From positions 57,350,001 to 57,414,000 of the forward strand of contig NW_026262582.1 of assembly GCF_021869535.1 (NCBI RefSeq): a DNA stretch of 64,000 nt. The letters are read 5' to 3'. The notes under the pieces are model-generated. The model was not told where the DNA came from. It saw only the letters and a program-made list of their open reading frames with translations, and made no database searches. The stretch comes from Mytilus californianus (Eukaryota). The position numbers were made by a program, and so were the translations under genes. Positions 1 through 13,107 of the stretch are shown in pieces; position 1 is the stretch's first letter; each line of letters opens with the position of its first letter.

Positions 1-369
1 CTAGAAATCATCTCTCATTATCATATTTGCACTTTGAAATTTTCGGCAAAGTCAATTATTGCCTAGTGATTTTAATTTTATGCATTTGTACATGTAATGC
101 TTCTTTCTTTATAACTTTGTGGAATATTAATGATTATACCATGACGGTTCTATCGCAATAAATATCTAAAGAAGGATTTCCCCAAAAGGTATGCCGGATG
201 ACTGGACATTGAATTTGCTGATAATTCGGAGTTTAGTATTCCTATTTCATACTTTTAATTGTTTTTATCAGACTTTCATAAGTGATACAAGTGGAAGGAC
301 AATTCTACAATTTAAAAGGATAACAATCAAAGGTAGTTCTATAAAGGGACAATGCAGATTGAAATGACA

Positions 370-450
370 TAATTCCTTACATCCACTTCATTTGAACTTG
401 GTGGAAAGTTGTGTTATTGGCAATCATATCACATCTCCTTATTTTTATAT
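370..450 (+). mobile_element. 3' terminal fragment of Penelope-like family C tail
   Basis: Matches the tail end at 25330-25410 (ggcaatcatatcacatctcctt...). Confidence 0.7.
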
Positions 451-1539
451 GTAACGCTATGAACTATGAACGGAACCACAATATGTTGAGAACATTTCTT
501 CTGCATGCACGCTTTATAACTCAAATCATTATTTTCGTTGCCACGCGAAAATCTGTTGTTCGTAAAAAGTGTAGTGTCGATAATTGATAGAGTTTTATGA
601 AGAACAACAACTGTATAGTGACTAAATGTTACTCGGTACGTTTTACTTAGATTAAGCACGTTGTTGTCTACAACTAGACTGTTAATTATATCTTAAATAT
701 CAGACCAGATTGCCTAATTGTTGTGGCTGTATGAACAAATGTATGAGTGCATATCCGAAATCAAGAAATAAGTTATCCAAATGAATATACTGAGGTTTTC
801 AAATGACATGTTCAAAGAAAAACTAAAATTTAGCAATTGGAGATTTGAAGCTTGTACTATTGTGCATAATTTACACTTTATCTTATAAGAATGGACAGGT
901 ATTTTTTTGTATAATTGGCTCAAAATGAACAAGGAAAGGTTGACTGATTACTTCCTGTTAAATTCGATATGTACAATACAAGTTAACGATTTTGTACTTT
1001 ACATGGTGTCATCTCTTTTGAATAATGGAACAGCGTGATTGTATGATAGCAGAAAGCAATATATCTAATGGGGTACTAATGTTTACAGATAAAATGAGTC
1101 GATTTCAAAACAGTACAATATAACTAAACGGTATCATCATCATTAAAATAAAAGAACAATTTTTGCCAGTAAATAGTGAAAAAAAAAATCTGTTTATGAT
1201 TAATATTTTTATTACAGTTTTCGACATACAAAGTGTACTGCAAGCGTATAAATTATCTTCAAAACAATTGGGTAAACTTGCAAATAACCTTTCTTTTACT
1301 TACAAAAGTTTTGTAAAATTATTTCTGCATATATTTTCTTATTAGCTTGTTTATATCAATTACATTTGAACTTAAGGTTCAAAGGAGCCTGTATCTTAAA
1401 TATTGATTTATGTTCAATGCCAATACCGGTCACTTTCGAACGCTATTACGTCTGGTGGCTTCCCTCCTATTTCTACAACTATAAGGTGGCCTCTTACTTG
1501 TTTTTTGAAAAATCTTAAATTGATGAATATGATTATGAT

Positions 1540-1850
1540 GTTGGATGGCTGTTTAACGTCCAGCGGCAAATTAAATTCATATTCTGGACGAGAACAAGTG
1601 AATGTTATATGAATATTAACCCTGCATTGTACTAGACCGACACGTTGAGTCTGATTTTTAACATGCTAGTTCACAAGGTAACAGTCTGCAGTAGACATGC
1701 TACCTTACCCGGACACATTATTCTGACTCCGACCCGACCAGTCTTTGCTCTTACTCCCAAGTCTTTGGTTTCACCCGGGCTGGGTTTGAACCCAATACCT
1801 CCTGCACTCCAAACAAACACGCTACCACTTAATTCGAATAAAAATATATA
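1540..1850 (-). mobile_element. tRNA-derived SINE (mollusc V/Meta-domain type; family not certain)
   Basis: Minus strand: tRNA-like head gtggtagcg...gggttcaaaccc (A/B boxes), central ggagtaagagcaaagactgg...ataatgtgtccg, 3' end ...gctggacgttaaacagcc. Confidence 0.7.
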
Positions 1851-2569
1851 ACACCACAGCCAAATTGGTCCCTGGTATGATTTTTAAAACGTCTTTACTA
1901 TTAAAGTTTTGTATTCTTTTTGTAATAATATCTGGATTGTTTCAAGGTGGATTGCGTCATCATTTCGTTTTCTTTTTTAAAAAAAAGCAAGTGTCATAAA
2001 TGTATTGGATAAAAGGTGGAAGCACTAAAACATTTTTTAGAGAAAAGGTTTTTTTCCTGATTTTTTAACTTGTTCCTGTTAAAATTAATGTGGAATTATT
2101 CGATTTGGAAGGGTCACCAACCATAATTCAGTGATTGTATCTTAAATTTCTTATCTTGTTGAATGGTTCCTTCATAGGATTTAAATTCGCATAGAGGTAT
2201 TGATTGAAGTTGTCATCAATAATTCGATTAACAGTTCATATTTGTTTCTATTGACACACCCGGTACCGCATTTTTTGCAGTTCTTGCTTATCGAATTACG
2301 AGAATTTTACAACGGTAAATTACTTTAGCTAAAAAGTTTGTTTACACTTATCATTGTTGATTAAATACCAATATGACACCAATGCACTTTTCGGTAACAA
2401 TTTTTCTTCAGTGATATTCTAGGCCAAAAATATTGGAAAACAAACTGCATATAAAACATGCATTAAGGATTAACACGTACAACATATACAATGTGTATTA
2501 AACAATATAAATTTGGGGCACTATTTGCTATTGTTTTTCTTTGAATTCACTCCTCTCACTAAATAACTC

Positions 2570-3300
2570 AAAGTATTGTGACTATGTTGAACGCATATAT
2601 CTCATCGAACTTAAAATAAAAGATACAACAGATACAGTTAAGTTTGTCTCATATTTTGGCTTACATATAGAAATTGACAATTAGGGTCAGTTGAGAACAA
2701 AACATTACACAAAAGAGAGATAATTTCAGCTTCTCAATCGAGAACTTTCTATTTCTGTGTAGCAACATTCCAGCAGCCCCTGCATATGGAATGTGTATCT
2801 CCCAGTTAATACGATATTCTAGATCTTGCATTTCTTATCATAATTTCCTTCATAAACAAAAAAAAAGCTATTAAACCAAAAGTTCCAAGTGATGAAGTTG
2901 AAATCACCCCTTCGAAAATTTTACGGACGCCATTACGAATTGGTTGACCGTTATTGAATATCTGTTTTACAGATGACGACAAATATGTCCGAATTGTCGT
3001 AACCACAATACCGCCCTCTTCTCTTCAAAAGAGACCTACCAAATGAGTCTTATCACCGGGTTAGTACTTTTATGAGCAACACAACGGGATCCACATGTGG
3101 AGCAGGATCTGCTTACCCTTCATTAGCACCTAGTATCACACTTGTATTTGGTGGGGTTCGTGTTGCTCAGTCTTTAGGTTTTATTTTGTGTTTACTATTA
3201 TTTGTTTTTTGGTCGTTTTTTCGTTTTTTGCCATTACATTGACAGTTTGCTTTCGACTTTTGAGTGTGATTGTCCTTTTTGTATCTTTCACCTCTCTTTT
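2570..3300 (+). mobile_element. 5'-truncated Penelope-like element, family D (RT thumb plus tail)
   Basis: Disrupted RT C-terminus IKDTTDT...SNIPAAPAYG...SQLIRYSR...RKFYGRH; tail gtggagcagga...ggggttcgtgttgctca. Confidence 0.85.
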
Positions 3301-4888
3301 AATTATATCAAACCGCTTGTATGATTTCATGACACCGTTTGACCGAATTATTTTCTTTGAAAGAGGTATATTACCAATCACTTCCTAACCAAAAAAAGGT
3401 CAACAAAAAGATTTTGCTTATTCTGAATGTATGTAAATTAACCCACGAGAATTTTAGACTTTGATTCGTTAATATTGAGATCCTGAAACACGTGCGTATT
3501 ATTAAACATTTTAGTCGCATTAGGTGTGGTATATGTATGAGCTATGGAAGGAACAGCTGATCTTTTAAGTAATGATGATTTTTATTACACTGATCTTTAT
3601 GTGGGATTATAACTAAATTATTGGCGTCGAGACCTTTGTAGGGTTAAGGAAAGTTTGAGAAAAGATCGGTTTTTCGTAATATCTTTTCCAATGCAAACTG
3701 GTCTTAAAAGTCTTTGACTGGCATTATCCAAGATGATATTAGTTTGAAAGGGTATTTGTAGCAGTAGTTTCTAAGCAAACGTTATATAGAGTATCAACCT
3801 CACACATGTTAAAAACAAAAGTAGGCGTCTTATTATCGTTATTTAAAATATGGTATTAATAGAAGATCTAGACAATACAGTATTTATAAGAAGATTACAT
3901 TTCAAAACCAAACTTAAATTTACTGTGCACATGTAAATAACGGGTCATTGTGTAAGTTTTGAATGTTTCCAATTTTTCAGCCAGCAAATTGCAAATAACA
4001 AATTTTAGCAAAGAAATTTTTAGACCACAAGGTACGAACGCATAGAACCACGCATTTTATAGACTCTGTCAAATAACAGATGTATGCAGGTGTTATCAAA
4101 CTTACAGAAATGTTTTTCATAAACAGATACTCTATCGTTCAGGACACACATGTTTTGATGTGTTTCAAATTACTGTAACATTTGAAAATATACTTCGCTG
4201 CACAGAATTACACTAAAGTAATTTATTGTTCATATATTTGGCTTCTTGGCTAGGTGGCTTGTAATATAATAAGGGATGCACAAAAGTCATGTCACCATGC
4301 GTCAGTAGAATTTGGGATTTAGTTCCTAACATTGATGCCCTAATCTATCTGAAGATTATCTTTGAGATTGTGAACTCTTTTTAACATTTCTATGTCACCA
4401 GGACAAAGGGGTTATCACTGCAGCTCAAGTGTTATGCTTAAAATCAGTACTTGCTGTTAATATATATTAATATCAAAAATGTGCATGGAGGTTATAACTA
4501 TGTTTTAGGCATCACTAACCAACATGGAGTATTGGTTATTCTAGACATCTTGTGTTTCCTTAAGATCTGTTCCAATTAGAAAGTGACCTTGACTTTGTCC
4601 ATCAGAGGTATGCTTCCAATAATTTCTTTAATTGATTATAGAACTGTAGACTTCCGGTTTAGGAGTATCGGCCAAACATTTTCTATCATAATTTTATATT
4701 TCATGCATGTCGACTTGTGAACCTTATACTTCTGAGAAATTCAAATGTGTTATTTATTCTGTCGAGAAAAGTAAGCATAGCACATGTGACGTGCTTTTTC
4801 TAAAAACCAGTCTACCCAATTGTTATTTATGATCCTTATCCTATTTTAGATGTTGATTATAGCATCATTATAAAAGACAACATTTAAA

Positions 4889-7010
4889 AATATGTGTTCT
4901 ATAGACGTATTTACACGTGTAAGTAAATTTGTCTGCCATTGCAGTCACACATTTTGCATCACAAAGTAAAACAAAAAATGACGTCATAATTAAAAATGAT
5001 TGTTACATGACATAGGAGGTTATTGGAGACAGATATAGGCTCATATGGAGACAATTCAGCTATACACCTAAAAATTAAAAAAAAACGTCTATTTTGTTCT
5101 CGGCAAATGACAAGCCTTTCTCTTGAATTAACATACTTTTCCTATGTTCTGAAATATAAATAGATTTATAATGCAAACATGTTTTAACGCGTTTGTGTCC
5201 TGTCTGCATATGTTTCCACATAAAAATACACTTATGTATACGTTTCAACCTTTTTGTATATACGTAAATACTAGATGAGCTCCAAAAACGATCAAGTTGA
5301 AAAAAAAATCAAGGATCCAAAATCTGTAGAAAGATACAGCCTCCCAGTTTTCTTTGCCAAGAAAAAGTATTTTAATAATATAAGACTAAACCGTAAATGA
5401 TCCAATTTGGCTGACATTATATACTGTTTTACTAAGTTCAATTCGACATATTGTAGTCTAACAGTTGTCTAACGCAAGTGTATTGATATCAAGACTTTTT
5501 TTTCATCAAGATGATAATAAATTGATGTGCCGATTTATAATTAGAGTTAAGGAATTTGTAAGTCTGCTATTGGGATATGAGCTGATGTTATAATCACTGC
5601 TTATCATAAGTTTCTAGTGTCATTTTCAGACTTTTTTCGTGTCCTCTGGATAATTTAAACTTTTTAATTTCTCATTTATTTATTGTTTTCTTATAACATT
5701 TCATTTCAAATTGAAACACCACCAAAATTACGAAATCCAACTTCTTGTGGACTGTTAGTCTCCGAATGTATCACCAGTCTGTGTATCGGTACTGACACGA
5801 TTTACAAAATATTTTTCTAAAATTCCCCCTTTTTTGCATTGAAAAGTTAGGAATTTATTTGGAAATAAGGTTCTAACTCCCTATGGCAAAATTGACCTCA
5901 GATTAATTTCGCTCTATGATCGCTTTTTTAATACATCTTTGGCTTTCAAATTTTTGTGTTAAAGCGCTCCCAATGATCGTTAAATCTACAGACAGTTTTA
6001 CACGTGTATGCAAATTTGTCTGTCATTGAAGTCACAAAGTATTTCCGAAACAAAATTTGCATTACAAAGTTTATGCTTATATCATATGTTACATGATACA
6101 TTATAGATATATGTTTCCATATAGAAATAAAGGTATATACAAGTCGCAACTTTCTTGTATATACGTAAATACTAGAACAACTCGACCATGTTAAAAAGAA
6201 ATTCAAGGATCCGAAATCTGTAGAACAATACCGTCTTCCATTTTTCTTTGTCAAGAAAAGTAACTGCAAACATATAACTCCAAACTCCAAACCGTTAATT
6301 ACAACGCATAAAATAGGCTTTCTTCCAGTAAGATGAGCAGTATAAATCGCCAACGAAATATGTAAACAAATTTGGCTAGTGCATTTTATACAGTTTTACT
6401 ACATTTAACTTGAAATACAGTACATCTGACGCTAGAATGTGAAATTTAAGAATAACCTGATTTAGTCATCAAGACGATAATAACCGGATGTCTCGTTTTG
6501 TAATGACATTTAAGAAAAGTGTTATTTGTAAGTCTGCTGTTGGGGTTAAGAGCTGATGTTGCAATTACTGCTTTATTAATAGCATCATTAACCAACAAAT
6601 TCATCGTATCCTCTGGATTCTTTTTCAAATTTTTTTTTATTTGCTTTTGCTTATCATATCATATTTGATTTCAAGTTGATACATTACCAAAATTACAATA
6701 TTCCACTGTCGGTGGACTTTAAGTGTCCGAAAGTATTATCATTTCAGAAGTGAGTGCTTCGGTACTGGTATGATTTATATAAAAAAAACATTTACATTGA
6801 TACATTAAAAATATTTAGGAAACTAAGATTCCATCTACCTATGGCAAAGTTGGCCTTAGATAAAATAGGATACTCATTTTAGATTACTCTTGAATATATT
6901 ATATCACGTATTCAAATATAAGTACATCCTTGGTTTCCAAATGTTAAGGTTTGAGAAGTCCTGCTGAAGCTAAACTCTGAAAAACGCGTTGGACTTGCGG
7001 AAATATAAAG
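4889..7010 (+). repeat. Diverged tandem duplication of a ~1.1 kb unit ending in a hammerhead-bearing terminal repeat
   Basis: Colinear blocks at 4889-5985 and 5986-7010 (ttacacgtgt..aaatttgtctg, tcaaggatcc.aaatctgtagaa, tttgtaagtctgct, ctatggcaaa.ttg.cct.agat). Confidence 0.75.
6956..6996 (+). ncRNA. Degenerate type I hammerhead ribozyme (family F)
   Basis: aagtc-CTGCTGA-agctaaactct-GAAA-aacgcgtt-ggactt; stem I present, core has A6>C. Confidence 0.5.
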
Positions 7011-8177
7011 TGTTATTTTCAAATGATCAAGTAGAATTGGAAACTAATCCGGGACGATGAGGATCGGCAAAATATAATGACTTGAATCTTTTATCAGACA
7101 AAACAAATGAACTGAAAATGGACTTTTCTAATCCATATCGTGATATTTCTAACAGTTTGTATTTACATGGCGTGTGATGCATGCAAAGCAAGAGACGACT
7201 ACCAAGTCGACGCATTTATTATGCTTCCATTTGATACAATCGTGTATTCTTCTTTGTTTGTATATTCTAAATAGATTCACAAATTTTGAACATCAGTTAA
7301 ATACGGTTGCCCTTTTATCTTTGTCTCGAAATACTGATTTTTGTTGATTTTTTCTGATCGGCAATATAGATGCAAAGCATACTTGTCGTTTTTACAAAAC
7401 ATAGTCGGTTCGTGTTGCAAAACTAATGTCTACTACGATGACTTGAAATAGCACAGATATTGTCTTATTAACTTTCATTCAATGATATATTCAATCGACC
7501 AGATGTTAAAATGTATCTGTCTAAATCTCGAATTAGGTCAGAGAATCACAAAATTTTCTACATGCTTGAAGTTCTTTTGCTGGTTTTGACAATAATCAAA
7601 CTTGTCTTGTTAATTTTCCGAAAGCTGTGTCCTCAAACAGACTATGATCAGTTTATTTTATTGCAATGAGTTTCTGATTTGTTCAATAAATAGTTAATAA
7701 ACGAAACTCAACACTATTAGACATTATTCCAACTTGCTCGTGAAAATGAAGTTCTATGATTAAACTAAAAACAAAAATTGAAATGCGGATAATTCAGACA
7801 GTCTAACTTATGATATTATCAATTACTAAACCTTTGAAAACTACCAAAAGAAGACAATAGTCTTATCTGTTATTTGCAACACACGTTTGTCTTTGAAAAA
7901 TGTACCTAACATCATACGAAAACTGCTTCTACAATCTATTTATAAAGTTCTTTTCAGATAAAGGGATTTCCATGCCACAATGATATTGCTTTCTAAAAGG
8001 AACCCAATGAACTATATAACTACTAGTCATCATTTTGGCACAGTTTTGGTTAGACCCCTTTCGGGTATTGGTTATGTACTAGATTCTATATTGTAGTTTC
8101 CTACAATCTTTTTCTGAACGTTAATGGGAAGGATATATGAGAAAAAAAGACTTCATAAATAAGCTCATCATAGATAA

Positions 8178-8217
8178 GCCAGACGCGCGTTTCGTCTACA
8201 AAAGACTCATCAGTGAC
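8178..8217 (-). ncRNA. Type I minimal hammerhead ribozyme with intact core (family G terminal repeat)
   Basis: Minus strand: gtca-CUGAUGA-GUCU(uuugu)AGAC-GAAA-C(gcgc)G-UC^uggc; stems I, II and III all pair; palindromic loop III. Confidence 0.85.
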
Positions 8218-8248
8218 GCTCGAATCAAAAAAGTTGTAAACTTTCATG

Positions 8249-8288
8249 CGTCCGATACGCTTTTATGGATTTACTTTCATCAGGAACG
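8249..8288 (-). ncRNA. Degenerate hammerhead ribozyme (family F)
   Basis: Minus strand: cgttc-CTGATGA-aagtaaatcca-TAAA-agcgt-atc-ggacg; GAAA mutated to TAAA. Confidence 0.6.
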
Positions 8289-9554
8289 CTCAAAGCCGAA
8301 TACTTGAAATCCAAGGATGTACAAGAACCAAACAAATTTGCACTCTTCCTGTGAAAATGTTATCAAGTCGTTTTATCTTCTTTTTTTTTCGCTGTGTCCT
8401 TTTTAAAATGTTGTGGATTTATCAAATATTTGTTTTTATTTTGGAACCAATTACTTATCTCAAATGGAGCATATACAGATTCCTTTATATATAACTGTAA
8501 AAGTTAATTACGCCATATCAACACAAAAATCGTGTTTTTCGGTATCAGGAAAGTAGAAAAATCAGTTAAATGCAGAATTTAGCAGATACGTTTCCTAGAA
8601 ACTTTAAGAGATGTCATTTGCAAAGACGACACATGCATTAAAGTATTTAGATGTGCCGATAGTGTCACGTTATGTCTCATTTATTACTTTCTTATCTTCC
8701 ATTTCTTTGATGCTTAGATTATTTCTTAAATGTTACTTATGACTATAGTTTGTTTACCCGTAAATACATGTAAAAACGTTTACAAAGTGCCTTGAAAGCA
8801 ACGCTAAAGATTACATTGAAAAATCATCTTTCAAGATGAGAGGAGTTTCAAAAAATTTTACCGCTGAAAAAAATAAGATTTTAATATAATTAAGCAATTA
8901 TCACTCTCCGACTAGTGTAGTATAATATATTTATTTACGATCAAAGCAAAAAGTTGGAATTCCAGTCTAATTAAACATTTAGGACTGGAAAAACGTGGAA
9001 ATCATAACTTGGAAATAAAAAACTATGAGGTATGAAATTTCAATTCAGTGCACAGTGAATACAATACAGATGTATTTAGAGGCGCTTGCCAGTGCAGACT
9101 TAATTTCTAAATTCTTCAATGAAATTCAAAATTATAACTGACTGACTGTAATAGAATTATATCTTATCTAACCTTTGTTGTAGGTATCATTTCAGTAATG
9201 TTATTCGGTCAATATAAACAACCGTCTTGTGCAGCAGTCAATAAATGTAATTGGAATTGATATTCGCACTTCCTTTTTGAACTTTATCAAAAGCAGTACG
9301 TGACTTTACATTCATTGTTAACTTCCTACAAAGATTAAAAACCCAAGGTTATTATTTTAGTTACATCTGATTCAATAAAGCATATGTTTGTGCTGAAAAG
9401 ATGAAAATATTAGTTCTTTGTTTGAATGTTAAACCACTTTAACGTTTAAACTTTGCAGTTTTATGATATCAAGTATCTGTATACATCTGTTTTGATTTCA
9501 CGTTGATAATGATCATAATAGAATAGGGGCAGAAGAAACTAAATATTATTTAAA

Positions 9555-9675
9555 CTCTTCAGTCGAAAAAAAAACTGACAACGCCATGGCAAAACAAAAT
9601 AAAGACCAAAAGACAAACAACAGAACACAAAACACAACAAAGAAAACTGAAGACTGAGCAACACGAACCCCACCG
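9555..9675 (-). mobile_element. Penelope family D tail fragment
   Basis: actgacaacgccatggc...actgagcaacacgaacccc, reverse complement of the 3150-3300 tail. Confidence 0.7.
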
Positions 9676-9954
9676 ATGAGAGATCTGTGTATCAAATTAA
9701 CAGCGAAAAGAAATATGCACAAAATGGTCTTTTCAAAGAAATAGTATTGGATGAATTCACATTTCCCAAAATATTTATAACTTTTTCATGACCATGAAGC
9801 AAAGATATATGTTTCAATAAGGCCCTTATATGTCACCTATTTCTAGTTAAATTTCAAATTAGGATTTTCTTAAAGGCGATTATCTAATCGATTTCCCAGA
9901 TGTAAACATCGGTAAAATACTGCTGCCTTAATTTATTATACATCTACAGTGATT

Positions 9955-10156
9955 GATTAGTCTGTCAACATTGAGGTTGTGATTTGGAATCCCGCTCAGG
10001 AAAGGTGTGTCCGACTCAAATCTTCATTGATAAGGATTGTGAGTCTTCTTGACAAATGTCAGGGGCGCTCTTTATGGCCACTTCAGATTCCATGACCACC
10101 AATAACCATAATGAAGTAACCATAGTGGCGTAAAACACCAAAAATCAATCAATCAA
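9955..10156 (+). mobile_element. Decayed SINE (Deu/Meta-domain-like)
   Basis: gttgtga.tt.gaatccc B-box remnant; 3' end agtggcgtaaaacacc followed by (aatc)n tail. Confidence 0.5.
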
Positions 10157-10469
10157 AATTTACAATGTATTCTTTCAATCGAAAATAGCATTCATTTCTT
10201 GTTCTATCGAATACAATGAAAAAGGGTCAATACCCATTGTTATAGTGCATGCATGCACAAAAAGATCATCTAACAATGATTTAAAAAAAAACTGAATATT
10301 TCCTATGTCAAATCATGTGCTTTACGTTTTCTGGGCATAAATGTGGTTGAAATCAGAGAATTACGCCCACTTCACCCAAATAACTATTTGTTCTACTTAT
10401 TTTGGGTGTCAACGATGTAGTAGACAAGCTTGGCTACATGTCTTTTTAGTTCACTCGCTTAGATTGTAA

Positions 10470-10910
10470 AGATTAAGAGATGTGGTATGATTGCAAATGA
10501 GACAACTCTCTACAAGATACAAATTGGCAATCTTAGTTAAATGGTAACTAGGAATCACCGACTTCAACAATAATAAAAACCCATACCACATAGCAAGCTA
10601 TAAAAGGCCCCGAAATTACAAATGCAAAATGCTCAAACGAGAAAACTAACGGCCCTAAATTGCAGGCTCCTGACTTTGGATAGGCACATTCAGAATATGC
10701 CGGGGTTAAACATGTTTTCGCGCGCGTCACCCCTCATCCTGACCTGGGTCAGTTGTGTAACAACACAACATAAAAACAAACTGTAAAAGTTAGTAGAAAA
10801 GAGGGTTTAACTCATCAGATCGATACAAAGCACAAAATCAACTAAGAAAAAACACAAAAGACACAAAGTACAGATCTGAGATTATAAGACTAAAATACTA
10901 ATCAGTACAT
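10470..10910 (-). mobile_element. Penelope family C tail
   Basis: gagatgtggtatgattgc...ctcctgactttggataggc...gggttaaacatg...atcagtac. Confidence 0.8.
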
Positions 10911-11514
10911 ATATTTTCATCTTAAAATAATATTTGGGACCAAAGAGGTCCATAACTGCACCTATTCTTTTTGACACTTATAGGCTTTTATAACTTGAAT
11001 TATTATAAACTATTTTTGTATTTATCTTATGCAATCAAAAGATGCAATATTCGTTATATTTTTCTAAGTGTAAAAGCAGTCATTCGTCTTAACTAAAAAT
11101 TAAACAGCTGAGACACGTACAGATGACGTTTGTCTTCTGATTTTCACCATTAATGTCTTAAAATTTAAGTGGGAAAGTAGGTTTTATTTTTTAAATATTG
11201 AAATTATTAATTAGTCTTTAAGATGGATTTAAAAGAGAAGCAAAATCATCTAGGCATTGAAATTACTTTATATAGATGCATAGAACGGTCATTTGGAAAA
11301 AGAATTATTCATGATCAGTGTTGATTAAATTAAATGTTATAATTCAAAGGTATAAAAAGTTCAAGAGCAATAAGCCAAATCTCGATAATGATAACTTGTA
11401 CATTTAAAGTAAAACATGCCATATTTTCATATCTTTATATCAACTGAAAAATTCTCAGGGACCAAAACAGCAATGACTACTATGCTAATGAGACTCTCTT
11501 ACAGTCCTACAGAA

Positions 11515-13107
11515 AGAGACCGTGCAATATTTATCAGGCAGGTGGGACCGGTGCAAACCACAGTTGGACAAACACATTTTTCTTCCACTTTAGGCATAAA
11601 GTCTCCACTTTTTTTACCTTTGGTGGCCATAAGACATAACGATTTATTCAAACTATTGCTATCAAACAAAAAAATGTATTAACTAAATATCCAAGCAAGA
11701 AACGTTTGTGTAATCAATAAAATAGTTTATATTATAACAAAAAAAAACAAAAAAAAAACAATGTAAACTTATATTTATTTGTTATATTTAAAAGTATAGC
11801 TTGTTTGTTGATATATATTTAATTCAAAACATATGTTGCTAAGCTTTTTTCTCAGTATACAGGTGCTTTATAATAGGAAACAAACTTAAATGATAAAAAA
11901 AGTATTTACTATTGCAATTGTTTGATTGGCAAATTTGATTAATGTTCAAGTATGACATATCGGCTGTTTATTTTTTGGCTTAAATCATCATCTTTAATAT
12001 ATTGTCATGGTAAAACATGATATTTTCATATTCATATGAATTAACTCATTTTTAACAATTTGCAGGCAAAATAAACAAGGACATTAAATACATGTAGCAA
12101 GTAATAATCATCAAATGAACAAATCAAATGAAGAAACCTCTTTCAAGGTAAATAGGCAAAGTTGATCTAAATAAACATATATTTTATCAGATGCAATTGT
12201 CATACCCTATTAAACTTTCCACTTTAATATTTCAATAATGTAAGAATTGTTCTTGCATGTTTTTACATGTATATAGCTTCATAATTAACAAATGAAATCA
12301 AATATTCATGACAAAAAATTTCAACAAAAAGAGGCAAATATAATTGGAGTACATACAAAATTCAAGCTCTTCTATTCTTCAAATTTAGCATGTGTAAAAA
12401 GAGTATATTTCTTTAAAGGGTGATAATACGTGTTTTCTTCAATTAATATTTTTGCAAGTTTAACATCACATCTACAATAGAAATACTTTTATTTTTTTTT
12501 TTATGGTCTACATTAAAATAAATATATTAGGATCAAAATTTGTATTGGAAACTTTTCTTTTCATAGAAGACTTCAATAAGTCATAAAAGTCATTTGACCA
12601 AAATTAAAGCAGATTCTAGATGTACTTTATTACGATTTGAAGCCCAAATAATGTTAATGCTAAATATAAGGTAAACGTTCAAGAAAGCTTTTCTTCCCAT
12701 TTTTAAACATCAAATATCTCGAAAAGGAGTTCCGTATCCTATCAATATGTTTAACTTATCTGTTCCTCATAAACTAATGCTGTTCTGATTTATAATATCA
12801 ATTTTAAATTCCAGATTTTTAAATTTCACTTAATTAAATGGCTTGTTTTATTGTATTATTGATTATGTACATACTTAAACAACAATATTCAAACACATTT
12901 TTCATTTGTTACTGCATCACTAAGGACATCATATCACTTAGTGCCAGATTAATTCAGATTAAGGTAATAGGACACATACTTTTTTCAACATGCAAGTCAT
13001 AGAACATTGAGTTTTTACATCTCAAATCAGTAAAGGACATTCATTTTTTTTGTCATAACCAGAATTTGCACCGGTCCCACCTGGCTGATAAATATTGCAC
13101 AGTCCCT
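11515..13107. mobile_element. Non-autonomous DNA transposon (~1.6 kb) with 42-bp TIRs
   Basis: 11516-11557 versus reverse complement of 13065-13106: 39/42 identical; AT-rich non-coding interior. Confidence 0.85.

Noticed and set aside
5946-6353. 135-aa minus-strand ORF
   Set aside because: Lies in a repeat whose tandem partner does not keep the frame.
7020-7790. Possible decayed coding region
   Set aside because: No recognisable motif in any frame; multiple stops.
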